Shown here: positions 10,501 through 20,300 of the stretch, piece after piece
Numbering within the stretch: the stretch's first letter is position 1
How the letters are laid out: every line of letters begins with the position of its first letter
The notes under the pieces: model-generated
The model's database searches: none
Seen by the model: only the letters and a program-made list of their open reading frames with translations
Told to the model about the DNA's origin: nothing
Source: a virus
Taxonomy: Duplodnaviria; Heunggongvirae; Uroviricota; Caudoviricetes
Direction: 5' to 3' (one strand)
Virus record (IMG/VR): IMGVR_UViG_3300022822_000008
DNA: 64,000 nt
Translations under genes and position numbers: made by a program

Positions 10501-13080
10501 CGTGATTCTGATGTGAATATAATTAGTCAACCTTTCGCTTCTGAGTTCAGAAACTGCGTTAGTAATTTCTACAAATATAACGGTGAAGGCACTGTGTCGC
10601 CGCCTTATGATGCGTCTTACGATACGACAACTAATCCAGTAACCTTGGATATCGACCTGACCTCAGCGTTTGATGATCTTGTTGATAATTTACAACAGTT
10701 TGTTCCGTTGACTGACATATCAAGAACCACTATAGTGGCAAACGAAACGTGGGATCCCGAAACGTTTCGCGCACGTGGGCGTCCTATCAATGTTGGCGGT
10801 TGGCAACAAACTAGACAAGAACAGACTACTACTCGTAATTTAACAGTCACACCTTCAACTACAGAGAATATGGTAGGCGATTTTGTTACTGATTTTAGAT
10901 TCCAACCTTATATGGCTTCGCGTGACATAAAGGTCTATATGACTGGTCTGCGTCCTAATACAAGACATTATTTCTTCTTTGATGGTGTTGATGTTAATGC
11001 CAACATATACCCAGGCTCGATGGTTAATGATACAAATTTAATTAGCAGATTTGGATTGAAAGGTGCTGAAGTAAAATCTGATTTCAACGGTACCTTAAGA
11101 GTAGTATTTAACATCCCGGCTGAGACATTCTTCGTTGGTGACCGAGTTCTTGATGTAGTTGATGTAGATCAATTTGCTTCAATTGAATCAGCTTCAACTT
11201 CACGTGGTTTTATTACTTATCGTGCATATAGTTTTTCTGTTGAAAAGGCGTCACTGACTACTTCTACACGAGCGCCTGATTTTGATATTGCGGCAACTAC
11301 GACGACTCGTAATTTACCAAGAAGAGCAACTGGAGGACGTGATCCTCTTGCACAGACATTCTTCATTAAGCAAGGTATGGGCGCAGGATCTAATTCTGTG
11401 TTCCTATCAAAAGTTGATGTGTTCTTTAAACGTAAAGCGGAATCTGTAACTTTCCAAGTTCCTGATGGCACTGGCGGATTTGATCCGGTCGTTAACGAAG
11501 GTAATGGCGTTACCGTTATGATTCGCGAAGTGATAAATGGTTATCCATCTAATCAGATTGTTCCTTTTTCTAAAGTGCATTATACTCCCACTCAAGTAAG
11601 TGTGTCTGATAATGCAAGTGTTGCTACAACTTTCACATTCCCTGCTCCTGTTCGCTTAGACGTAGAAAAGGAATACGCAGTAGTCATACAACCTGACGCA
11701 AGTGATCCTAATTATTTAGTGTTTACATCTAAAGTTGGAGGTGTTGATTTGACACCTGGACCTACGAACGGAACCTCTATTGTACAAGATTGGGGTGACG
11801 GTGTTTTATTCACATCAACTAACAATCGTGCATGGAAATCATATCAAGATGAAGATGTCAAATTTAATCTTTATCGCCATGATTTCAATGTCGCTGGCGG
11901 TATTGGTAATGTAACTTTAACTAATAACAGAAATGAATTCTTTACAGTTAATGACATTACTGGTAGATTCCAAGCTGGCGAATTGATTTATCAATTGAAA
12001 GGTGCAGCTGCAAGTGCTGCAATACCATTAAATTCTAACGTCTTATCATTGAACAATGTTTCTACTCTATATAATATAGGCGACGAAATACTAATAAGAG
12101 ATGCTGGACAAACAAGAAAAGATATTTTTAAAATATTAACTTTAAGCACAAATACTGCAATACTAGACAGAACATCTTCATATGATGTTGTTGGTGGTAC
12201 TGGTACGCCTATTGTAACAGGTTCATTATGTTATTACGATAAAAATAACCCAACAGAAATGCACTTGGAATCAAGTACAGCTAAAAGTTCAAGAATATTC
12301 ACAAGCGGGACTATTATAATCGGGCTTGATAGCGGATTCCAAGCTAATTTGATTTCTATTGATAATATACAATTGAGTTATATACAACCTATGATCATGA
12401 AGGCAAATGATTCTGTTTCTGAAACTGCAATGATAGGTTCATTCTTGAATCCTGCTAATAATTCTTATGAACTTGCTATGAAATTTGGCGATAACAATCA
12501 TTTCAATAAAGACGGCGTTTTGTTATACAGCAGATCAAATGATGCATCTGGTACTAGAGATTTTGATATAAATATAAATATGAGTAATGGTTCTAATCGT
12601 ACTTCAACTCCATTTATTGACATTGAATCATCCAAGTTAATTGCTTATCAATATAAAGTAACAAACGATTCCGCAACTACTGGCAAATTCATATCAAAAA
12701 CTATTGAATTGGCAGAAGATTTAGACGCTGAAGATATGAATGTAATTGTAACTGGTTATAGACCTATCAATACTGACATTAAAGTTTATATTAAACCACA
12801 AAATGTTTTCGATAGTGATGATTTTGCTTCTTTGGAATGGATTGAACTTGAGTTATTTGAAGGTACTGGAACATTCTCATCTACTATTAACGTAAATGAT
12901 TATAAAGAATTCAAATATAGAGTTGCTGATGTTGATAAAGTTGATGATGCGGTAACTTACACAAGTACGGCTGGTACCTTTGAAGGATTTAGAAGATTTG
13001 CAATTCGAATTGATATGCTTTCTACAAACATATATAACGTACCTACACTTAAAGATTATCGCGCTATTGCGTTAACATAA
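7573..13080 (+). CDS. large virion structural protein, VrlC/DUF4815-like
   Basis: N-terminal LNTAPYFDDYD...LFKPGFAVQAREMTQLQ, plus APGADRL, ARRTYEESGNY, RFKNGFLADPF, DPLAQTFF and C-terminal DYRAIAL; follows gp8 as in aquatic T4-like phages. Confidence 0.85.
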   Translation: MPINTDLNTAPYFDDYDVEKQYYKILFKPGFAVQAREMTQLQTMLQNQVEQFGDNIFKEGSIVKGCNFSTLDGLSFVKVGDLLGFDPTSYISRRVTEEFPVDSGIFIEVDYLYELEGDASKIKANIISATRGFETRPPDLNTFFVHYINSAGNSDKVFAPGEQLNVNLYKFKVGDEAIAISQELNIAQINVTTITSTPEPHTGPAYGIQSAPGVIFQKGHFLFADEQTLIVSKYTNIPNDLSVGYSVKETLKTSLQDNSLYDNANSAPNQNAPGADRLELIPILTVFETPVGDVDPTFFALIRYQNGNEVTLRDVSQYNVLGEEMARRTYEESGNYILKDFKVKTDRRDGDVQVLVGTGAAYVKGYRVENSAERAFVIDQIDPTTGTDIQSSQPTTFNYGQYVDVINFQGILGLNSERLDILAPDGSSVLGTCFASNLTGAVGTGIGKLYLYGVRMTGTNRFSSAWYIDSPANVGNGRIQIGDANVNPVLRQTNKGPLVFDTGMFSLKEITGTVLPVRTVSQATPANDNGTDVITIADGNDEDFALDNSDIVVIDATSTFMAVSSVTVNSGTGDLEISLAGSPGASANPVTVYYNKNILGSSGAGQEPYIKESRDTFVKFSYATSETKYSLGFPDVYEIISILDVDDNEYSSSFRLVSNQKDFYYDRSYVEHIQGRPIPPVGELRVALKVYQPNPSTGGYFFNITSYDNALPESSIPVYTATNGEQYNLRECFDFRPYVDKDSAASYTAVDIASAPNISQSLGVNVSPTFADLGVALTPSVNQSARSDLEYYRTRVDLIIANSYGEINLIKGTEAQFALPPKIDSDSIVISEVKVPGYPALSSQEASDQQRREYAVKARPVGTKNYTMKDIGSLESKIERLEYYVSLSQLESETANLTVLDQDGLSRFKNGFLADPFNDLTLANIRDPQFNSAVSSSSKKLTPSIKTFPIDLIYKAGSGISVFPAADIKGNVATLLRDSDVNIISQPFASEFRNCVSNFYKYNGEGTVSPPYDASYDTTTNPVTLDIDLTSAFDDLVDNLQQFVPLTDISRTTIVANETWDPETFRARGRPINVGGWQQTRQEQTTTRNLTVTPSTTENMVGDFVTDFRFQPYMASRDIKVYMTGLRPNTRHYFFFDGVDVNANIYPGSMVNDTNLISRFGLKGAEVKSDFNGTLRVVFNIPAETFFVGDRVLDVVDVDQFASIESASTSRGFITYRAYSFSVEKASLTTSTRAPDFDIAATTTTRNLPRRATGGRDPLAQTFFIKQGMGAGSNSVFLSKVDVFFKRKAESVTFQVPDGTGGFDPVVNEGNGVTVMIREVINGYPSNQIVPFSKVHYTPTQVSVSDNASVATTFTFPAPVRLDVEKEYAVVIQPDASDPNYLVFTSKVGGVDLTPGPTNGTSIVQDWGDGVLFTSTNNRAWKSYQDEDVKFNLYRHDFNVAGGIGNVTLTNNRNEFFTVNDITGRFQAGELIYQLKGAAASAAIPLNSNVLSLNNVSTLYNIGDEILIRDAGQTRKDIFKILTLSTNTAILDRTSSYDVVGGTGTPIVTGSLCYYDKNNPTEMHLESSTAKSSRIFTSGTIIIGLDSGFQANLISIDNIQLSYIQPMIMKANDSVSETAMIGSFLNPANNSYELAMKFGDNNHFNKDGVLLYSRSNDASGTRDFDININMSNGSNRTSTPFIDIESSKLIAYQYKVTNDSATTGKFISKTIELAEDLDAEDMNVIVTGYRPINTDIKVYIKPQNVFDSDDFASLEWIELELFEGTGTFSSTINVNDYKEFKYRVADVDKVDDAVTYTSTAGTFEGFRRFAIRIDMLSTNIYNVPTLKDYRAIALT

Positions 13081-13090
13081 AGGCAATATA

Positions 13091-13267
13091 ATGAAAAAAG
13101 ATAATAAATCAGGTGGTGTTCTAAATACTGATAAAGACGCGTTGCTGAGATACAAACGCGAAAAATTAGTAGAAAAGAAAATAACACAACTTCAGAATCA
13201 TATTGCTGAACTTAAAAATTCATTAATTGGTATGGATAAACGACTAGACAAATTAGAGCAGAGATAA
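13091..13267 (+). CDS. 58-aa coiled-coil protein (not in the ORF track)
   Basis: Manually translated as MKKDNKSGGVLNTDKDALLRYKREKLVEKKITQLQNHIAELKNSLIGMDKRLDKLEQR; AAGG RBS; fills the gap between its neighbours. Confidence 0.8.
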   Translation: MKKDNKSGGVLNTDKDALLRYKREKLVEKKITQLQNHIAELKNSLIGMDKRLDKLEQR

Positions 13268-13270
13268 TAT

Positions 13271-14293
13271 ATGGCAAAGCCAAGTATAACTATTATAAAC
13301 AACACAGATACTTTTCAAAATTGGATAAACAAAACCAATGAGATGGTTAACATATTTAAAGACGAAGCGTTAACTGCGTCGGGTGGTGTTGGTGATACTA
13401 CAACCGGTAATGCTACTCTCATAGGTGATTTTACAGTAAATAATCTTACTGCCGTCGAAGTAGTTAACGCTAATACATTATCATCAGCTGGAAATGCGCA
13501 GATTAGTGTTGACACTCCTCTTTTAATTGAAACCTCTGGTCAAGTTGGTGCAATCTTCAACAACGCAGCTGGAGGAAGAAATCAATTCGTATCAAATACC
13601 TTAACATGGGATGTTGGTATCCATAATGACACCAACAATAACTTTGTTTTGAATACAGGATCTGGAGATTTTAAATTTATATTATCACCGTCAGGTGAGT
13701 TAACGATTCCAAGTCTTGTTGTATCGGGTTCGGTAACAGCGGATCTTGGTTTAACAACTGCTGATGTAGAAGAAGATGCAGCTGCATTATATTTTACAGA
13801 CGCATTAGCGCAAGACGCTTTCATAGCAGGTGACGATGTAACATTTAGTGCACCAGATGCAAATGGGAAAAGAACAATAAGCGCTTCGTCAAGTGATGCT
13901 GACACCGTAGGTGGAATATCACCAGACTCATTTTTAAGGTCTGATCAAAGCGATACAATGACAGGCAATCTTACCGTAACAGGAGACATCACTTCAAACG
14001 GATCTGCATCTGATATTTCATTAAAAGAAAATATACAAGTTATAGAGGACGCTGGATATAAAGTTTCACAACTAAATGGATACACGTTTAATTATAAAGA
14101 TTCTCCAGACGAAGCTATGACGGGTGTTTTGGCTCATGAATTGGAAGCCGTATTACCAGAGGCTGTTTATGTTTATGATGTAGATTATTATGGGCGGGAA
14201 ATTAAAGCTGTTCGTTACGGAAACGTAGTAGGTCTGTTAATCGAAGCAATAAAAGACCTTCAAGAAAGATTAGATGAATTAGAAAAGTCATAA
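13271..14293 (+). CDS. short tail fibre/spike protein with C-terminal peptidase S74 intramolecular chaperone
   Basis: N-terminal DTFQNWINKTN attachment-type motif; DADTVGG..FLRSD fibre motif; SDISLKENI...GVLAHELE...LLIEAIKDL S74 signature. Confidence 0.8.
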   Translation: MAKPSITIINNTDTFQNWINKTNEMVNIFKDEALTASGGVGDTTTGNATLIGDFTVNNLTAVEVVNANTLSSAGNAQISVDTPLLIETSGQVGAIFNNAAGGRNQFVSNTLTWDVGIHNDTNNNFVLNTGSGDFKFILSPSGELTIPSLVVSGSVTADLGLTTADVEEDAAALYFTDALAQDAFIAGDDVTFSAPDANGKRTISASSSDADTVGGISPDSFLRSDQSDTMTGNLTVTGDITSNGSASDISLKENIQVIEDAGYKVSQLNGYTFNYKDSPDEAMTGVLAHELEAVLPEAVYVYDVDYYGREIKAVRYGNVVGLLIEAIKDLQERLDELEKS

Positions 14294-14357
14294 ATAGATG
14301 TAAATGATTGAAGGACATTTAGTCTCGATCTAATAATTATAAGGAAAGGTAAACCGA

Positions 14358-17300
14358 ATGTCTAAGATTACAGAATTAGGCCCAATTACCGGTTCAAACA
14401 CGAGACCAGAAGATCTATTTGTCGTCGTAAACCTAGTACAAGGTGACGATGGAACAAAGAATATTACTCGTAGAGAACTTGTACAAGCAATACAATTTGA
14501 AGATTTCAACAGAATAAGTATAACTGGCGGAAGCATTGAAAATGTTGAAATATCTTCATCTGATTTCAACGATGGTACTATATTAAATACATCTGCTACA
14601 AACCTTGAGATGACTGAATCAGTATTCGATCTTGGTGATATTACAAATTCAGATTTTAGTTCTGGTCAGCTTGATGATGTTGATGGCGACGATGTTAGAC
14701 TAGTAAATTCTACAGTTGATGATTCAACACTTGACAATGTTATCGTGACAAATGCTTCGGTTGCTGATTCGGCAATTAGCACATCAGCAATTGAATTATC
14801 TGAATTTAATAACGGCATCGGAATACTTAACGAATTTACAGACACAATTCTTGACTCTGGTACAATTGAAAACTTTGATATAGCTAACACAAGTTTCTCA
14901 GAAGGTACCATATCAAACTCCTCAGCAAATGACATAATCTTAACTAACTCAAAAGCGTCTAATACTGAAATAACAGATTCTACTTTCTCTGAAGGTATTA
15001 TAAAATCTTCAGAACTTGTTGATTTTGATATGAACCTTGAAAATTCATTCGAGCCGAACCTTGATGAAAACTCATATTTTGCTTTAAAGAATGCAAAGAC
15101 GGGTGAAACCGAACAAATTACATATAAGCAGTTCTTTGATGAAATTTCAAAAACAACAGAATCAGCATTAACAGTTTATGTATCTACATCTGGTGATGAT
15201 ACTTATCCAGGTACAATATTACAACCAGTCAGAACTCTAAAGCGTGCTGGAGAAATAGCACTAGAAAAGGCTGGAGGTAGTTATGATCGTAATGATATTA
15301 ACAATGCTATTCATATATCAGTTGGGCCCGGTACTTATTACTTAAGGGAATCTGTTCCTATCCCAGATGATTGTGCTATAACTTCGTCATCTGGCCAATA
15401 CGCAACTGTTATTGAAATGGAAAAAGGTTATGAAAAAACAAACGGAATCTTAGTAGGTTCTGGTTGTTATGTTCAAGGTTTTGGATTTCAAAACTTCGAA
15501 ATTGATAACTTTGACTATCCTGAAAGAGGATTTGCTGTTGCATATAGACCTGGGGCGCTTCTTAGAAGATCCCCATATATGCGTGATTCGTCGCAATTAT
15601 CAAACTTTAAAAGAGCTGACGTTGAGCCGCCGTTACAACCTTTCAATAGTAAGGGTACAGTGGCTGACTTAGGAAATATGTTAACTCTTGATGGTGCGTA
15701 TAGTGGGTCGTTTGAGGTTGATGATGAGGTAACATTCTCTTCCGGTGCATTTGGCTATATTAGTCGAATAGACGAACTTATTGCAGATAATGTCATTTAT
15801 ATAAGAAATCTTAGGGGTAATGTAAACGCAGGTGACTTAATACTTACTAATTTCGGGGCCAGCGGAGTCGTGTTAGAACTCGGCGAAGAAGACTTCCCTA
15901 ATAAACTTGTAGGACGCGGCGGCGGTGTTGTTCTTGCGGATAGAAGACAACTTGATCCTGACAGCTTATATTCTTACTTCTTGTGTTTTGGTGCGACTCC
16001 TCGTACGCAGAACGGCATGGGTTATGTCGCAAGAGACGGTGCTGGTGTTAACGGTATTGGTTCTTTATCAATTTTTGTTCGTTGTGCGTTTTATGCTCTA
16101 AACGGCGGACAGATGACATTGAACAACTCAGGTACTCAATTCGGTGATATCTCAATGCGAGCGAAAGGTTCGACTGAAGTATACCAACCTAAAACTACTA
16201 ATGTTGAAGTGGTACAAAATACTACTTTTGCAGATAATATTGAAGCGAACAAAGACGATATTATAGATGACTTGATAGAATATTTAGATAAAGACCTAGG
16301 TTATACTGGATACAGCGCTGAGAAATGTGAAAGAGACACCGGTATAATAGTTAATAATCTAGGTTATGATATTGCATTGGATACTAACTACTGGGGACGA
16401 TTAAACGGTATCTCATATCGTAGTCCTATTTCATATACAGTTGTTAACGAACAATTAACAGAAACGACTGCGGCGATAAATCATCTCGAAACACAGATAA
16501 CTAACATATTTCAAAATGCAGATGCAGAAATAAATTCTCGCTCTAGCAGATCATTTACAGAAATGCTAAACGTATTAAATAACGGAGAAGGTTCTGCCAG
16601 TCCAATAATATTTACAGACACAGGCGATATAGCTAAAACTGCAGCGCGTACATTGATACAGGATAATAAAGCTCTTATTGCAGGTGAGTTAATAGATTGG
16701 ATTGAGAATAATGAAAACTTTTTTGCTTACAACAGCATAAAGTGTCGTCGAGATACTACTGATTACATCTTACCTGCTGTTAAATATGATGTATTGCTAG
16801 AAACAAACTACAATTCAATCACAGCTGGTAATGCTTATTATATGGCAACTGCTTCTAAAGTTATAGGTTCACAGAAAAATGAGACTGTAGGTGCTTATAA
16901 AAGACTTAAGGATCAAACTAACGAAGTACTCGATGCAACTGGTTCTTTCATTGCTGCGGATCGTGCTGATGATGCCTTTGATAATATCATTAATGCATTG
17001 GAAGTAGGCCCAACTAATGAAATAACCTTTAGCGATAATGTTGGCATTAACGTAGATCAACTAAACGCTCGTCGTCAGATACAAACGAATAAGATACACA
17101 TTCAAGATACTGTTATTGACTATATTAATTCTACTTATTTCATATATGACTCGAAAACGTGTGCTAGAGATGTTGGTGATTATATATTGCCTGCAGTACA
17201 GCGCGATCTTTTATTGGGAACAAATTTTAACGCTATTCAATCAGGTGTTGCTTATTATGCGGCAACTGCAAATCAAGTTATAACTGAAGAATTGCCACAA

Positions 17301-20300
17301 ACCATAGCGGCAGTTACCGAATTGAAAAGCTTGGTAGGAACTATCGTTGCTGCAGACACTCCTTCGTTAAATAGAACTGATGCTTCATTTGATGAGTTAA
17401 TTGATATAATGACAAACGGAACTACGGCCGCTGATGCGATAACTTGGTCTGATCCTGCTCTTATAAGCGTCACTGTAAACGGTCAGTTTGCTCGTGAAAG
17501 ACTACAAACAAACAGATTGTTTATTCAACAAGAAAACATTGCATGGCTTGAGGATAATTATCCAGAATTGGTTTATGATTCTGCACTATGTCAGCGTGAT
17601 GTTGGATATGTTATTGATGCTATATCTAAAGACCTTGAATACAGCGGAAATGCCAACACAGTAAAAGCTATTGAATATTACTTTACTAATGCAATAAACA
17701 TATTACCTGCTGACCAAAGAGATCCTACAAAAGAATCGTTCAGACATTTAGCTACTGTGGTACAAGACGTTATAGTCAATACCACTGTTGTTCCTGTTTC
17801 TGCAATATCTGAATCTCAAGACTTAGGTGGAACTCCATCAGCTGGTGCTGTTTCAATTGATGCAAGTAACCTTGTTTTATTAATTGCAAACACAGTTGAC
17901 GATACTGATCTGGTACTTCCTACTCTTGTGAATAATATTGCAGACTCAAACAGGACTTTCGCTCGTAAAATATTACAAAACAATAAATCATTTTTACAAG
18001 AAGAAGTAATAAAATATCTTGAAGATAGGTTTTTCACCTTCAACGGAGAGAAATGTAGTAGAGATATCGGACATATTCTTGATGCTGTTAAGCGCGATAT
18101 GCTGACTGGTTCTAATTTCAATTCTATATTTGCAGGTTTAGCATATCGCTCAGGTACTGTAGGTTCCAACCTTGTAATTGATGAGCAATTGACTGAAACA
18201 GCAAATGCTATTGAGTTTGTAAGAGACAATGTAACAAGTACAATCACAGATTTATCTGCGAGAACAAGAGCGACAAATGCTTTTAATGAGTTAATACAAA
18301 TAATGACTCTAGGTAGTAGCAATGCTGACTTGATTCAATATGGTACATCATCTGTGAGTGGAAATTCTTTAAACGGCCAAACACAACTACAAAGAAATAA
18401 AGAATTCTTACAGGCAGAAGCGATTGCATTTATAACTCAGACTTATCCTTCGCTGTCGTATGATTCTGCAAAGTGTTCAAGAGATGTGGGTTATTTAATT
18501 GATTCAGTTTCATTTGATATTCAACATGGTAGCAATACTGCGTCTATCAAAAATGCAATTATCTATTTCGAAAATGCAGTAAGTGTTCTACCTTTAGATC
18601 AAAGAGCACCAACAGCTGCTACTTTTGCTCATATAGCATCTGTTGCTAATTTAGTAGTACAAGAAACGATAGTAAGTCCTACATCAGGAAATTCTGTAGT
18701 GCAAGACACTGCTGCAGGTTCAGCAGGTGCTGTAATCGGTACCCAAGTAGAATTATTGGTGAATATAGTTTCTGATGCAGTAACGGCTGGTGATTTAAAT
18801 TCACTACCTTCTGTTATTGAACCTTCTGCGGTTTATGATGCTAATTATGTTAATGCTGTGTCTGAAATAAATGCAATAACTGAATCTCAAAAAACAGATG
18901 TTATAACATATATCAGTAATAATTTCAACGGCCTTGCGTATGATGAAGCCAAATGCAGACGTGATGTTGGATTTATTGTCGATGCTTTGTCTCACGATGT
19001 TCAGTATAACGGAAATGCAACTATCTTAAATTCAGCGCGAATTTATTTTAAAAACGGATTAAATGTTCTTCCATTAACACAGCGTGAACCTACGAAGCTT
19101 GCATTAACAAGACTAGCTAAAGTTGCTTCAGAAGTTGTATTCAATGTTACTGTTGATGTATCAAAAGGCAATGAAGTCGCTCAGGACATATCAGAAATTG
19201 CTACTAATCCAGATATCGCAAAAATAACAAAAGATCTTGCATTAATAGTCGCTAACATAACTGATGACGCTACTGATATCAACTTGCCTATAAGAATAGA
19301 CCCTGCTGTAACGTGGGTATCTCCTAACTATATAGAAAATAAAGAACTCATTGAAGACGATGTTAGTTCCTTGATTCAATCAGTTATTGATTATATTGCA
19401 ACTTCACAAAATGGACTATCATATCCAGAGAATAGATGTAGACGCGATTTAGGATTTATCATTGATGCAGTATCTCATGATGTTCAGTATGACGGAAATA
19501 CAGCTACTAAAATTGTTTCTCAGATATATTTTGAAAATGGGATAAGCGTTTTACCTCAAGCTACGATAACTCAAACAGCTGATATATATGCTTATTTAGG
19601 TGGAGTATTATCTGACGTAATTGTAGAAGATAATGTCGGTCAAGACGTATCTGGAACTCCAGGTACTGCAACGGAAAGTTCTACTGTTATAAGTTTAGTG
19701 CAAATAATCGAAAATGTGATAAGAGCTAATTCTTTGGCAGCAATACCAGCGACAGTAGAACCAACTACTGCTTGGATTGATGCTGATCTTGTTACAGCTA
19801 CGAATGCTATCGACACGAATACAACTGAACTTGCAGACGATATGATCGAATGGATTAATACAGAATATAAAGTTCTTGACTATGATAAAGATAAATGTGC
19901 TAGAGATTCGATATATTTAATCGACGCCTTTAGTTTTGATTTAAATTATGGCGGTAATACAGCATCTAGATGGAATGCTGATTTTTACTTCTGGAATAAT
20001 ATATTGAGAATACCTGAAGGCCAACGTGAAGCAACTGCGTTATCATATAGACAACTCGGTAAAATATGTGCTGATGTCGTTATAGGCAAAAATGCAAATC
20101 AAACTACGAATAGTGAACTTGCAACATTGGTTGAATCTGTAAAAGTTCAAGACCTTGCTAATATATTTTATGAGACTTTAATAAATAGTGATGTTAAAAA
20201 ATTATCATTACTTGAGGAACCTGATTACACTTGGCAAGAAAATCAATTTATAGGCCCTAAAACTATACTTGATGCTAGAAAATCTGCATTGGCAGAAGAA

